Of a stretch of DNA of 64,000 nucleotides, positions 20,878 to 30,113 are shown one piece after another (position 1 is the stretch's first letter; each line of letters begins with the position of its first letter). The position numbers and the translations under genes were made by a program. The stretch lies in IMG/VR virus record IMGVR_UViG_3300033233_000004, positions 64,001-128,000 of that record; one strand, written 5' to 3'. This DNA comes from a virus. The notes beneath the pieces were generated by a model. That model did no database searches. It was given only the letters and a program-made list of their open reading frames with translations, and was not told the DNA's origin.

Positions 20878-21432
20878 CTATTGCATCCTTGAGAAGATTG
20901 CTAAATATGTATCAATTACAGAAAGAGAACGGTCTATACTTGTAGATAATTTACTGGCCTTGTCAGAAACAGTCAACGCTCGTTGTAAACGAAACGCTAA
21001 TTCATCTAATTTGTTACGCATGCTTTTATAATCGGTAACACCAGTGAATATATCAAATCCATCTATATTTGCAGCTTGAGTAATAAAACTTGATGGAATA
21101 GCGGTTGGAGTATTGTCTACAACGTGTTGAAGGTCTTCAGTTGCTCCCGCACATTTACTAAGTTGTGCAAAAGGTATTGCACCAAGAATAGTATTGAAGG
21201 GAGCTAATGCTGCCCGACCTGCTGCTACAATAATACCTAATTGTTGAGCAATTACGTCTGCCTGTGCTGTTTTGCCAACAAGTTTTGCTTTTTCTGCAAG
21301 TAGAATCGCTCTATAGGTTTGTAAAAAAGTTGTTAATGAAGCTCTAAGTGGGAACGATAGAGCTACCAATACAGATACTAAACAACGAGATGCGCCTGTT
21401 GCTGCTACAATATTATCAACAAGAGAAGACAT
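20878..21432 (-). CDS. hypothetical virion protein
   Basis: Tightly packed in the baseplate operon; helical. Confidence 0.55.
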   Translation of the reverse strand: MSSLVDNIVAATGASRCLVSVLVALSFPLRASLTTFLQTYRAILLAEKAKLVGKTAQADVIAQQLGIIVAAGRAALAPFNTILGAIPFAQLSKCAGATEDLQHVVDNTPTAIPSSFITQAANIDGFDIFTGVTDYKSMRNKLDELAFRLQRALTVSDKASKLSTSIDRSLSVIDTYLAIFSRMQ

Positions 21433-21435
21433 TGT

Positions 21436-21774
21436 TTAACCTATATCCCAAATGATGACGAACTTACAACCCAAATAGTCTTCGATTTCTTTCTGACGAA
21501 TAGTACTTATTTTCTTCTTCTGTTCATCAGAAAGAGTTTTACAAAAATGTGTGAGGCTTAAATTTTTTCTATGTTCTTCGGAAAAAACCCTTCCCAAATT
21601 AGCTTTTCTAATTTTTTCTCGGATTTTATCAGAACGAGGTTTACCAGATAAGGCAATACTTATTTTTCTTTTAGTCTCTTCAGAAAGATGTTTTTCTGAT
21701 GTTCTAAGTTTCTGTTTAATTTTTTTTGTCCGTATGTACATATCTTTAAGCATAATTACTATGTCTACTTTCAA
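21436..21774 (-). pseudogene. NUMOD3-repeat endonuclease remnant
   Basis: HLSEETKRKIS, FSEEHRKNLS, LSDEQKKKIS joined directly to C-terminal RQKEIEDYLGCKFVIIWD; catalytic core missing. Confidence 0.65.
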
Positions 21775-21806
21775 AATATAAGCATTTCTTACCCGTTCTT
21801 GTAGTC

Positions 21807-22880
21807 CTACCCTAACTTAACTTTCTGACTTAAAATGGTTGTCAAATTGTTTTTGATACTGGTAAATGTAGCTGCATTGATAGGTGTACTTGTTGGCCCA
21901 CCGCCCGAAGGTGCGGTAACTGTAATAGAATTAATAGCATCTATAAGACTTTCCAATGTAGATTTAAGCGTGTTACCCAACACTGCTTTTTCTGTTGCAT
22001 TCTCACTTCCTAAACGAATATCATCACATGTTTCAACTATTCTTGGTGCAGTTACATAGAGTTTACCAGATTTATCAATTGTAACAAGAAGTGACCCTGC
22101 ACTTGATTGAATTTCCAGCTTAAGAGCTAATGCTGAACCACTGGTGGTTGATACAATAGCATTGTCCTTGTCTCGAACTTTACCTTCGTCATCAACTACC
22201 GTTCCTATAGTTACTTTACATATAGGCGTGGAAGCTTGATATTTGTCCGTAATTGTTAGATTAAGTTCTGTTAAAGGAGTACCATCAGGAAATGTTACTG
22301 TTGGAATACCATCAGAAATAACTTTATTAGTACCTTGTGTTCCTTCTTGTACCCATCGTCTAACTTGTCCAAACGTTTCTGTACCAGCAGCCGAGGCTAC
22401 TTTCCAATTAACAGTTTTAGCACGAATAGTACTAATGTCAGGGTCTATTTCAAAAATATCATCAAAAGGTGATACTAAAGAAATCTTACCTGTGCTATTC
22501 ATATAGATGTACGCTCCACCAACACTTTCCCAATATTTTTCACCTGCTTTAAGTTTAGGTAATGTTCCTGTTCCACCTTCGGAAGGAAATTTTTGACGTT
22601 GTACCTGATTCAAATTAATGTAACGAACAATACGAGCTTGGTCATTTTTGTCAAATTGAACGAGAACTATTGCCCCCTCTATAGGCATATTATATTCACC
22701 CCAACTACCTTGTGTAAGAAGTACATTTACACGTCCCCCCGGATGATCCAACCAACGCAAAACACAAACACCATTATCAGTATCGACTGAACTAATAACA
22801 GCAGGACGATTGTATCGAGATAAATGCTCTTGTGGATTAATGGCTTGTAATGGATATATTTTTCGTCGTCGTATATGCAT
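21807..22880 (-). CDS. baseplate central spike / gpV-like protein
   Basis: OB-fold start (VD...G...V...P.EG..VLV.F); C-terminal AVLGNTL...GPTSTPIN...ILSQKVK. Confidence 0.7.
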   Translation of the reverse strand: MHIRRRKIYPLQAINPQEHLSRYNRPAVISSVDTDNGVCVLRWLDHPGGRVNVLLTQGSWGEYNMPIEGAIVLVQFDKNDQARIVRYINLNQVQRQKFPSEGGTGTLPKLKAGEKYWESVGGAYIYMNSTGKISLVSPFDDIFEIDPDISTIRAKTVNWKVASAAGTETFGQVRRWVQEGTQGTNKVISDGIPTVTFPDGTPLTELNLTITDKYQASTPICKVTIGTVVDDEGKVRDKDNAIVSTTSGSALALKLEIQSSAGSLLVTIDKSGKLYVTAPRIVETCDDIRLGSENATEKAVLGNTLKSTLESLIDAINSITVTAPSGGGPTSTPINAATFTSIKNNLTTILSQKVKLG

Positions 22881-22885
22881 AAAGA

Positions 22886-23716
22886 TTATATGATTTTTTG
22901 GAGATGAACTCTCTCTATTGCAAGCAGGGGAGTATTTCCTGCGACGTTCAAACCGTTGGCAACGTGGACATCAAGTCTCGCTACTGTCGGGATATCGGTT
23001 GTATTTACTGCTGAATATGCAAGTGTTCTGGTAACCGAGCCTGTGGACGGATTTCCAGTCACACGCCAAACATCCATGCCAAATCGTGATTTGTCTGGTA
23101 AAAACGATATTAGTACTTCTAAGATATCTCCATTTACTCTTGGTATACCAGTATCAGTTCTAACAGGAGTGCCACCACCACTATGCATATGAAACCAATT
23201 AGGAGTGCTACCGGAAACTGAGTCTGTTGTATCATATCCTATCCCATAACAATTTAGAATACTTGATGGCTGAGATGCATCACTTCCTGCTAAACCTGAT
23301 GTAGGATGTAACCCTACATATGCCTTAATCCCGGTTCGATCCGCATCAATACCAAACCTGATAAATGCACGATACAATGTAAACACTGTAAAGGAATTCA
23401 TTGAAAACCAAAAACCAGTTCCAAGTCCTTGATACGTATTTGTTAAACCACCGCCAACACCCGCAAATTCAACCATGTAATATAATGACTTTGCGGACGT
23501 ACCAACACCTGTTCCTATAATAGAATTACTCCCGGCAGCAGACATATTATGAGCTATGTTAAGATTATAGGTGGAAGTAGTTAAAAAAATAAATCCTTCA
23601 CTGGTCGTATAAGCAAATAAATTCTCTTTAGAGTCATTGGATATGTCGATAGTATTGGCGGAACCTGAAACGACTATTCCGTCACTGCCTATTAGCGACC
23701 TTAAATTTACCTGCAC
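22886..23716 (-). CDS. fibre tip / receptor-binding-like protein, paralogue 3
   Basis: Shares NLRSL.GSD, F.RFG, GIGYD and VWR..GNP with the 24380 and 25232 proteins. Confidence 0.6.
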   Translation of the reverse strand: MQVNLRSLIGSDGIVVSGSANTIDISNDSKENLFAYTTSEGFIFLTTSTYNLNIAHNMSAAGSNSIIGTGVGTSAKSLYYMVEFAGVGGGLTNTYQGLGTGFWFSMNSFTVFTLYRAFIRFGIDADRTGIKAYVGLHPTSGLAGSDASQPSSILNCYGIGYDTTDSVSGSTPNWFHMHSGGGTPVRTDTGIPRVNGDILEVLISFLPDKSRFGMDVWRVTGNPSTGSVTRTLAYSAVNTTDIPTVARLDVHVANGLNVAGNTPLLAIERVHLQKII

Positions 23717-23727
23717 TTTTTAACCCC

Positions 23728-23756
23728 TTGCATTTGATATTAAAAATACGTATATT
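23728..23756 (+). promoter_or_regulatory. promoter of a leaderless HNH-AP2 gene
   Basis: TTGCAT-N17-TATATT-N6-ATG. Confidence 0.6.
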
Positions 23757-23762
23757 GTAACT

Positions 23763-24461
23763 ATGCCTAAAAGACGGAATCTTATAAATCAAACTTTTGG
23801 ACGATTAACCGTACTTGAATTTGCTGGTATAAGCAAGTATGGTTATAGTCTTTGGTTATGTCGTTGTAATTGTGATAAAGAAATCATTATTGCTGGCAGA
23901 GATTTAAAATCTGGTAATACACAATCTTGTGGATGTTTGAAAACAAAACATGGATTATCTCGTACACCAGAATATTATACTTGGCACCATATGAAAACAC
24001 GTTGTACTAATTCAAAACAGAAATATTATCCTCGTTATAATTCTCTCGGTATCTATGAACCATGGTTGAAGTTTGAAGTATTCCTACAATACCTCAAAAA
24101 CAATAACATGTATCCACGTCCTGAAGGCAAATCTATAGACCGTATTAAAAATGAACAAGGATACTTTCCCGGTAATATCAGGTGGTCTACTCCTGAAGAA
24201 CAAGCCAATAATCGTAGACCACATAAAATTCGTTCTGATAATACATCTGGATTCAAAGGTGTCTCGTACAATAAAGCTAAAAAGAAGTGGATAGCACAAA
24301 TCTCAATCAATAATAAACGAATCTTCCTCGGTTATTTTCCCACTCCCGAATTAGCTGCTCAAGCCATCGAAGAGGCTCTTCAAGAACGGAATACCCACCC
24401 TTTTTCTATCAGAGTGCTACTTCCAATACCAGTAGCCGATCCGTTACTTGTCGCAACCTGA
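23763..24461 (+). CDS. free-standing HNH-AP2 homing endonuclease
   Basis: QTFGRLTV..WLCRCNC..SCGC, SIDRIKN..GY.PGNIRW, AP2 motif NTSGFKGV...LGYF.T.E.AA. Confidence 0.85.
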   Translation: MPKRRNLINQTFGRLTVLEFAGISKYGYSLWLCRCNCDKEIIIAGRDLKSGNTQSCGCLKTKHGLSRTPEYYTWHHMKTRCTNSKQKYYPRYNSLGIYEPWLKFEVFLQYLKNNNMYPRPEGKSIDRIKNEQGYFPGNIRWSTPEEQANNRRPHKIRSDNTSGFKGVSYNKAKKKWIAQISINNKRIFLGYFPTPELAAQAIEEALQERNTHPFSIRVLLPIPVADPLLVAT

Positions 24462-25231
24462 ACCCCAATTGCTTGTCCAGTACTGGGAAGAGACCCAGTG
24501 ACAACAGCGTTGTAGATTTGTGTGCGAGTAATCAAAGTGGATGTAGATGGATTTCCCGCCAACCGCCAAACAGTAACAGTATAACTTGTGCTTGCTGGAT
24601 CAAATTCCAAAAGTAAATCTATAAAATCAGTTGTATTTCTTGGTAGTAATGTTAATTCTGTTTTAACAGCATTTCCACTTGCGCCGTTATGGTATAATGA
24701 CCAATTACCACTTGACAAATCCGCATTGTCATATCCTATTCCAAATAACTCCACAGAGCCTGAAGGGTCACTCGCTATGGTAGCAGAACCAGCAAACGCT
24801 ACATTGGCTGCGGCACAAATACCCACGAACCCCCTTGTGTTATTCCTATTATCGCCTTTTCCAAATCTCAAGAATACTTTGTATTTTGTAAAATGTGAAT
24901 ATTGAGAAAGTACAATACTTCCTGACGATCTTACTCCACTACCAACATTTGCACCAGTTGCACCAACGAACGAAGCATATGAAAATATATCTCTTGCTTG
25001 TGCAGGTGCTGCGGTAACAGAAATAAAAGTTTCAGTTCCAAGTTTAACTGTAGGCGCATTAATCCAATTGGCTCCTTGAGAATTTGTACCTATACCAACA
25101 CGAGGAGACAATAATGCCCAGTCCCCACTTAGACTGAATGGGTTGAAATGAGGGTTGCTCAGGGTAATATCGCTCGGATTTTGCAGGATATCTATATCAG
25201 AAGAAACCAATGATTTTAAATTAGCTATCAT
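24380..25231 (-). CDS. fibre tip / receptor-binding-like protein, paralogue 2
   Basis: Collinear with and highly similar to 25232..26083. Confidence 0.6.
   Translation of the reverse strand: MIANLKSLVSSDIDILQNPSDITLSNPHFNPFSLSGDWALLSPRVGIGTNSQGANWINAPTVKLGTETFISVTAAPAQARDIFSYASFVGATGANVGSGVRSSGSIVLSQYSHFTKYKVFLRFGKGDNRNNTRGFVGICAAANVAFAGSATIASDPSGSVELFGIGYDNADLSSGNWSLYHNGASGNAVKTELTLLPRNTTDFIDLLLEFDPASTSYTVTVWRLAGNPSTSTLITRTQIYNAVVTGSLPSTGQAIGVQVATSNGSATGIGSSTLIEKGWVFRS
24631..24682. repeat. 52-nt identical segment shared with 25486..25537 (duplicated paralogues)
   Basis: ttgtatttcttggtagtaatgttaattctgttttaacagcatttccacttgc occurs at both sites. Confidence 0.85.
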
Positions 25232-26083
25232 TTATACACCCCGAAAAATGAAACCTTTTGAGATAGCTATGCCCTCTCCTGTACCACTTGCCGAAGCATT
25301 TGCAACGGCGCATTGAACTCCTATACTTGATCCTGTTACTGGAAGAGAACCCGTAACTACTGCTGAAAATATTCCTGCTCTTGTTATTTGTGTTGATGTT
25401 GCAGGATTCCCTGTTATTCTAAATACTTGTATAGTATATTGAGTGGAGGCTGGATTGAATTCTATTAACAAATCAATCATGTCATTTGTATTTCTTGGTA
25501 GTAATGTTAATTCTGTTTTAACAGCATTTCCACTTGCCCCGTTATAATACAAACTCCAATTACCACTTGCTAAGTCGGCATTGTCGTACCCTATCCCAAA
25601 CAGATTCGTAGAACCGGAAGGATCAGTAGCCATGGTTGCGCCTTGAAACGCCACATTAGCCATAGCTCCAATACCTACAAAGGCTCTCGTATTATTCTTA
25701 TTAGTTGTTTTTCCAAATCTCAAGAATACCTTGTATTTTGTAAAATGTGCATACTGCGTAAGTGGTATACTACCGGAGGAACGAATACCAGTACCTGTAT
25801 TTGCCGTAGTTGCTGAAACAAATTGAGCATATGAAAATATATCTCTGGCCTGTGCCGGTGCTGCTGTAGGAGACACAAAAGTTTCAGTTCCAAATTTTAC
25901 TGTAGACGCATTAATCCAATTGGCTGCGAAAGTAGATGCACCTAATACTACGCGAGGCGACAATAGGGCATATGCTCCAGAAGTACTGAATGGGTTGTAA
26001 TTGGTGTTGGATAACGTAATGTCATTTGGATTTTGTACGACATCAATATCAGAGCCTACAAGCGAACGAAAGTTAACAGCCAT
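25232..26083 (-). CDS. fibre tip / receptor-binding-like protein, paralogue 1
   Basis: Beta-rich, G/S/T/A-rich, tandem paralogue. Confidence 0.6.
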   Translation of the reverse strand: MAVNFRSLVGSDIDVVQNPNDITLSNTNYNPFSTSGAYALLSPRVVLGASTFAANWINASTVKFGTETFVSPTAAPAQARDIFSYAQFVSATTANTGTGIRSSGSIPLTQYAHFTKYKVFLRFGKTTNKNNTRAFVGIGAMANVAFQGATMATDPSGSTNLFGIGYDNADLASGNWSLYYNGASGNAVKTELTLLPRNTNDMIDLLIEFNPASTQYTIQVFRITGNPATSTQITRAGIFSAVVTGSLPVTGSSIGVQCAVANASASGTGEGIAISKGFIFRGV

Positions 26084-26096
26084 ATTAGTTTAATCC

Positions 26097-26429
26097 TTAC
26101 GTTGACCCGCTATAAATTTGTGCGCCACCGCCCACATTTTGAAACGTGATTGCCAAGTCCAATTTAATATCATTGGCATTTTGAATTATGCTTATGTTGT
26201 TACTTCCACTTGTTAAGGTCTTAAACTGTAAATCGGTACCAACCTTTTGTAAAAAAATTCCAGCACCAGTACCAACATTAACACCTGTTGTTCTTCCACC
26301 AATAAGGTCTGATATAACCTGTAAACTGATTTTTTCAGTAACACCATTAATTACAATTGGTAGATAAGCCTGAGCCGGGTCTACAGATGCAGAAGTAAGT
26401 TGTTCTGGTAATTGAGAAATTTTTGGCAT
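26097..26429 (-). CDS. short fibre stem / adaptor protein
   Basis: N-terminal KISQLP..LPIV..G.T.KI attachment motif; NVG.GA.IF...LQFKTL repeat. Confidence 0.6.
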   Translation of the reverse strand: MPKISQLPEQLTSASVDPAQAYLPIVINGVTEKISLQVISDLIGGRTTGVNVGTGAGIFLQKVGTDLQFKTLTSGSNNISIIQNANDIKLDLAITFQNVGGGAQIYSGST

Positions 26430-26444
26430 AAAAACTCTTTCTGT

Positions 26445-27080
26445 TTAGTGTTCTATCAACAAGGAGATATTATCTTCTGTATATATAATAGATAGAGGAT
26501 AATCAAACTGTTCTGTTAACAATTCGAAATTAAGACTTGGTTCAAACAAATGTGTATCCCTTGTATCGGGTAATAAAATGTTTCGCAATCGGTCTTTACG
26601 TATAGCGTCTTGAAAAAGAATACCGGGACACGACACAGATACAACATCACTATGTAGTAAAATGTCTGTTATTGAAGGTACATTATCTCTAACAAGAGCT
26701 ATCAATTTTTCTAATGTATTTATCTGTGCAATAGATGGTAGATTAATATCGAAATTTCCAAGAAGCACGATGTGTAAAGCTTGATAATTCATCTGTTGAT
26801 TAGAACAAGCATCTGCGATATCATGTAATGTGTATTTAAACACCGAATACAAAGGTGCGTTCTCGATGTATTGTGTAGGATTTGCTGCTCGAATCCAACG
26901 TGGACTAAGATCAATTCTCCCATTAACATTAACAATAATGTCAAAAGGTATTCCAAACAACCCTTCTTGTACTAATGCTGCATTGATGTCTTTACCACTC
27001 ACTGGTTGAAAATGTTCTGAATGATGAAGCATAACAAACTTAAGGTCGGAATTCTTTCGTATGTTACGGGTTATAGGCAT
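26445..27080 (-). CDS. N-acetylmuramoyl-L-alanine amidase-like protein (Amidase_2), probably virion associated
   Basis: LHHS, IVLLGNF...P..AQ..TL..L, H.DV...SCPG; C-terminal LLTE/IYTE motifs. Confidence 0.75.
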   Translation of the reverse strand: MPITRNIRKNSDLKFVMLHHSEHFQPVSGKDINAALVQEGLFGIPFDIIVNVNGRIDLSPRWIRAANPTQYIENAPLYSVFKYTLHDIADACSNQQMNYQALHIVLLGNFDINLPSIAQINTLEKLIALVRDNVPSITDILLHSDVVSVSCPGILFQDAIRKDRLRNILLPDTRDTHLFEPSLNFELLTEQFDYPLSIIYTEDNISLLIEH

Positions 27081-29251
27081 TATGGTCTATTTGGAATAGT
27101 AGTTGGGTTTGTTTGTGTATCTGGCAATAGAGTCGAAGAATCTGTAAGTACAGACTGGCGTAGACCAGTATTATCAACCTTGGGTTGATTAGCGTCATCA
27201 TTTTTGACAATACGAATATGACCGTCTGTAGCATGCATGATATCAAAATCCTGTGTTAGTATTTCTGAAATTTCTTCCCACGGTTTATGTCCATACGCCA
27301 AATGAAGTGTAGTCGTATGTTGTCCACCAAATGTAAAAGCATGCTCTACCGTTTCGACCCAATACACCATGTTACGGAAGGGGATATAAACCGGAAAGCC
27401 GGGTTCTATTTCGGCTCTTCCTACAATAGTTATTTGTCCTTGTAGTTTATTAGCTATCAATTGTTGAAGCAGTTTCTTCGCATAGAAATTAGCTTGGTCA
27501 GAAGAGAAAGGTCTGGCATTGGCTATATCATCAATAGAAGCTAAAAATGGATTTGTCATAGTCAGAATTTTTACACCAAACTTATACATAAGTAGTTCGT
27601 CAGCATAAAAACCTCTTCCTAAAGCGTCACCAATTTGTCCCGGAGGTTGTACACCACCTTTTGCTGAAATACCAGCTTCAGACGCTACAACAGCAACAGA
27701 ATACACATTGGTGTCATCTTCGACAAAACCGTAACTGATAATAGAATCGTCTTCTATGATAGGTAATTTGTCGTTCTCTGCTGCAAGAATCCAACCGTTA
27801 GAATAACGAGGCGGATGAAACCAAATATGTCCATTACGGTCGGCGTAGAAGTTGAACTTAGAGTCCTCAGCGACCTTGTAGCAAATATCTCTACGATTCA
27901 TATACTCGGTCTGGAACTCTGAAGGCAACATAAAATTAGTTTTGTACGCAAGGTAATAATCTAAATCAGTAATGGTGGGGTCAATAACGTGTACTGCGGA
28001 TTTGGTAAAAAGTGTTCCCATCATACCACGAACGTCTATCGTGGAAACTTTCTTAGAAGCACCCGATACAGCATCATTCGTTACAACAAACGAGTCTGTA
28101 GTATTGTCATAAACAATGTTTTGATTATTTGTGGTATTCTCACCAGCAATCACATACAAACCAACACCAAGAAAATCTTTACCTCGTCCATCAAAACCAG
28201 TTCGTGCGGCTGTGGCAGTATCAAGACCCTTTGTTCCTAATGTAAGAAAACGAATAACATTTGGCGCACTCAGCCCTGCAAAAATATTGGTAACTGAAAT
28301 TTCTTTACTACTTATTGATAATTTACCATGTAGTTGGTCTTCTATAACAGCAACGGGGTTTGTTGGAACAACAGAAAGTTTAAGCCATTTGGTTACATCC
28401 TCACCAGACACTGTGATGGTATTGCCGCCTGAATCGGCATAACCCATTTGTACAGTGTTTACTAATCCAGTGAATACACGCACAAGTTCAGTCTTTGGTA
28501 CTTGATTGATTTTCCAGTTTCCAGTGTTGTCTTGAGTGAAACGCTTTGAAATGAAAATAGCAACTCTATCCATAGGTTCGATCTTACATCGACCGACAGT
28601 CTTGGTAACACCCAATTGATATTTACTTAAAAAATCTACATTAGATTTCTTCAACAAAGTAAACAAACGTGTTTTTGTTTGTCCTGCTGAATTCTTCACC
28701 GTAAATGGGAGTGTTTTACCATTGGTAGTTGGACTTTGGAAATCCTCTTCCGATAGATCATCAGATACGGTAATGACATCTCCATTTTCATCAAATGCCC
28801 ATCGTTCTACAACATTACCATCAGGCGTGCGTCGATAATGAATTGGTGTACGAAATTTTCTGTCTGTGGATACCAGCACGCCCCATTGAAATGTAAGCCA
28901 AGGAAATTTGCCATCCTTGAGTCCATCAAATTCATAATAGCGTTGTCCGCCTTTTTTGGTAGACTTAAAGCTACGTTGGGATATGTCTCGTTTGACTTGA
29001 AAGTCAGAGTTATACTTCAAGTTAGGTATCTCTATAGTTGGATTATCTGGTAAAGAAAATCTGTTGGCAACATCATTGATAGTTATAGAAAATGTTCCGG
29101 GATTGTTCGCAACAGTTAGTGTTACATTCAATGATGCTATCTCTTTTGTGTGTAATAGAAGAAGATCGTCATTAGTAATATTTTCTATCTCTCGAAATGA
29201 TTTTAAGAACACTACCAATGCGTCTGGGTAATAGTGAGTGGTCTGTGCCAT
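27080..29251 (-). CDS. baseplate hub protein
   Basis: PMDRV.IF, VFTGLV, FYAD.NG.I.F.PP.Y, I.GRAEIEPG.PVY...YWVE.V.H. Confidence 0.7.
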   Translation of the reverse strand: MAQTTHYYPDALVVFLKSFREIENITNDDLLLLHTKEIASLNVTLTVANNPGTFSITINDVANRFSLPDNPTIEIPNLKYNSDFQVKRDISQRSFKSTKKGGQRYYEFDGLKDGKFPWLTFQWGVLVSTDRKFRTPIHYRRTPDGNVVERWAFDENGDVITVSDDLSEEDFQSPTTNGKTLPFTVKNSAGQTKTRLFTLLKKSNVDFLSKYQLGVTKTVGRCKIEPMDRVAIFISKRFTQDNTGNWKINQVPKTELVRVFTGLVNTVQMGYADSGGNTITVSGEDVTKWLKLSVVPTNPVAVIEDQLHGKLSISSKEISVTNIFAGLSAPNVIRFLTLGTKGLDTATAARTGFDGRGKDFLGVGLYVIAGENTTNNQNIVYDNTTDSFVVTNDAVSGASKKVSTIDVRGMMGTLFTKSAVHVIDPTITDLDYYLAYKTNFMLPSEFQTEYMNRRDICYKVAEDSKFNFYADRNGHIWFHPPRYSNGWILAAENDKLPIIEDDSIISYGFVEDDTNVYSVAVVASEAGISAKGGVQPPGQIGDALGRGFYADELLMYKFGVKILTMTNPFLASIDDIANARPFSSDQANFYAKKLLQQLIANKLQGQITIVGRAEIEPGFPVYIPFRNMVYWVETVEHAFTFGGQHTTTLHLAYGHKPWEEISEILTQDFDIMHATDGHIRIVKNDDANQPKVDNTGLRQSVLTDSSTLLPDTQTNPTTIPNRP

Positions 29252-29257
29252 AACTTA

Positions 29258-30109
29258 TTATTGATTTAAGTCTTTAAAAGGAAATGTGGTACCAGCCGTT
29301 ACTGCATTTTTAATTGTGGGGCTGAAAGTGGACACATTGGTTTCATAAAGTATTTTCATTGTGAAAGCATAATCAAACTGATAAGGTGAATCCGAAGATT
29401 GATTAGGCCCACTAAAGCTTGTAAAATATCCAACGTAAAAAGAATCGTAGACTGCTATACCCAATAATGTTAATTGTTCTTGGTTACGTACAGCATGGTC
29501 TATATCATACAACTGTTTGAGTTGTAGAAGTCTTCGCCATGCTTCAGTATCTGTAACATCCTGTCCTTCTCGTAAACCGTCACCGCTTTCTTGAGCTTGT
29601 GCAGATGCATTTTCTATAGCAGCTACTGTAGTATCTCTATTAATACGAGGTGTATTTCCTCTTCGATGCATACCACCTGATTTACCTTCTATTCGAAGTT
29701 CAGTTAAAGCATCACCCCAATGTTGAACTTCCCATCCACCACGAGTACGAATTTCAGAAACAATTTTGGAATAATTGGGTGATAGTCTTTGAGGGTTGAC
29801 ATAAAATTCAAATACAACAGGAATATCGGCTATTGTTTCTGCCATGGCAGGAGTTCTAATATATAATTTATTAGCTCCATCAAGAATAACATATTTTCCT
29901 AATTTGTCAGTGTATACTTTTGTTAATATTGCTTGAGCTAACGGTTGATTAGCAGGAGTTTCATTTATAGCGATATATTCACTTCCATCTTGAAATGTAG
30001 TAATATCATTTGTAGTTACATTACTAACAAAACGTGTTGGTGCATTATCGAGTATAGCAAATTGCGTTTGTTGAAGACGGAATATTTTAATAGGGATACG
30101 TGATGGCAT
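29258..30109 (-). CDS. tail tube initiator / baseplate protein
   Basis: YVNPQ, RTRGGW..QHWGD, YVGYF.SF; follows the tape measure gene. Confidence 0.55.
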   Translation of the reverse strand: MPSRIPIKIFRLQQTQFAILDNAPTRFVSNVTTNDITTFQDGSEYIAINETPANQPLAQAILTKVYTDKLGKYVILDGANKLYIRTPAMAETIADIPVVFEFYVNPQRLSPNYSKIVSEIRTRGGWEVQHWGDALTELRIEGKSGGMHRRGNTPRINRDTTVAAIENASAQAQESGDGLREGQDVTDTEAWRRLLQLKQLYDIDHAVRNQEQLTLLGIAVYDSFYVGYFTSFSGPNQSSDSPYQFDYAFTMKILYETNVSTFSPTIKNAVTAGTTFPFKDLNQ

Positions 30110-30113
30110 AAAA

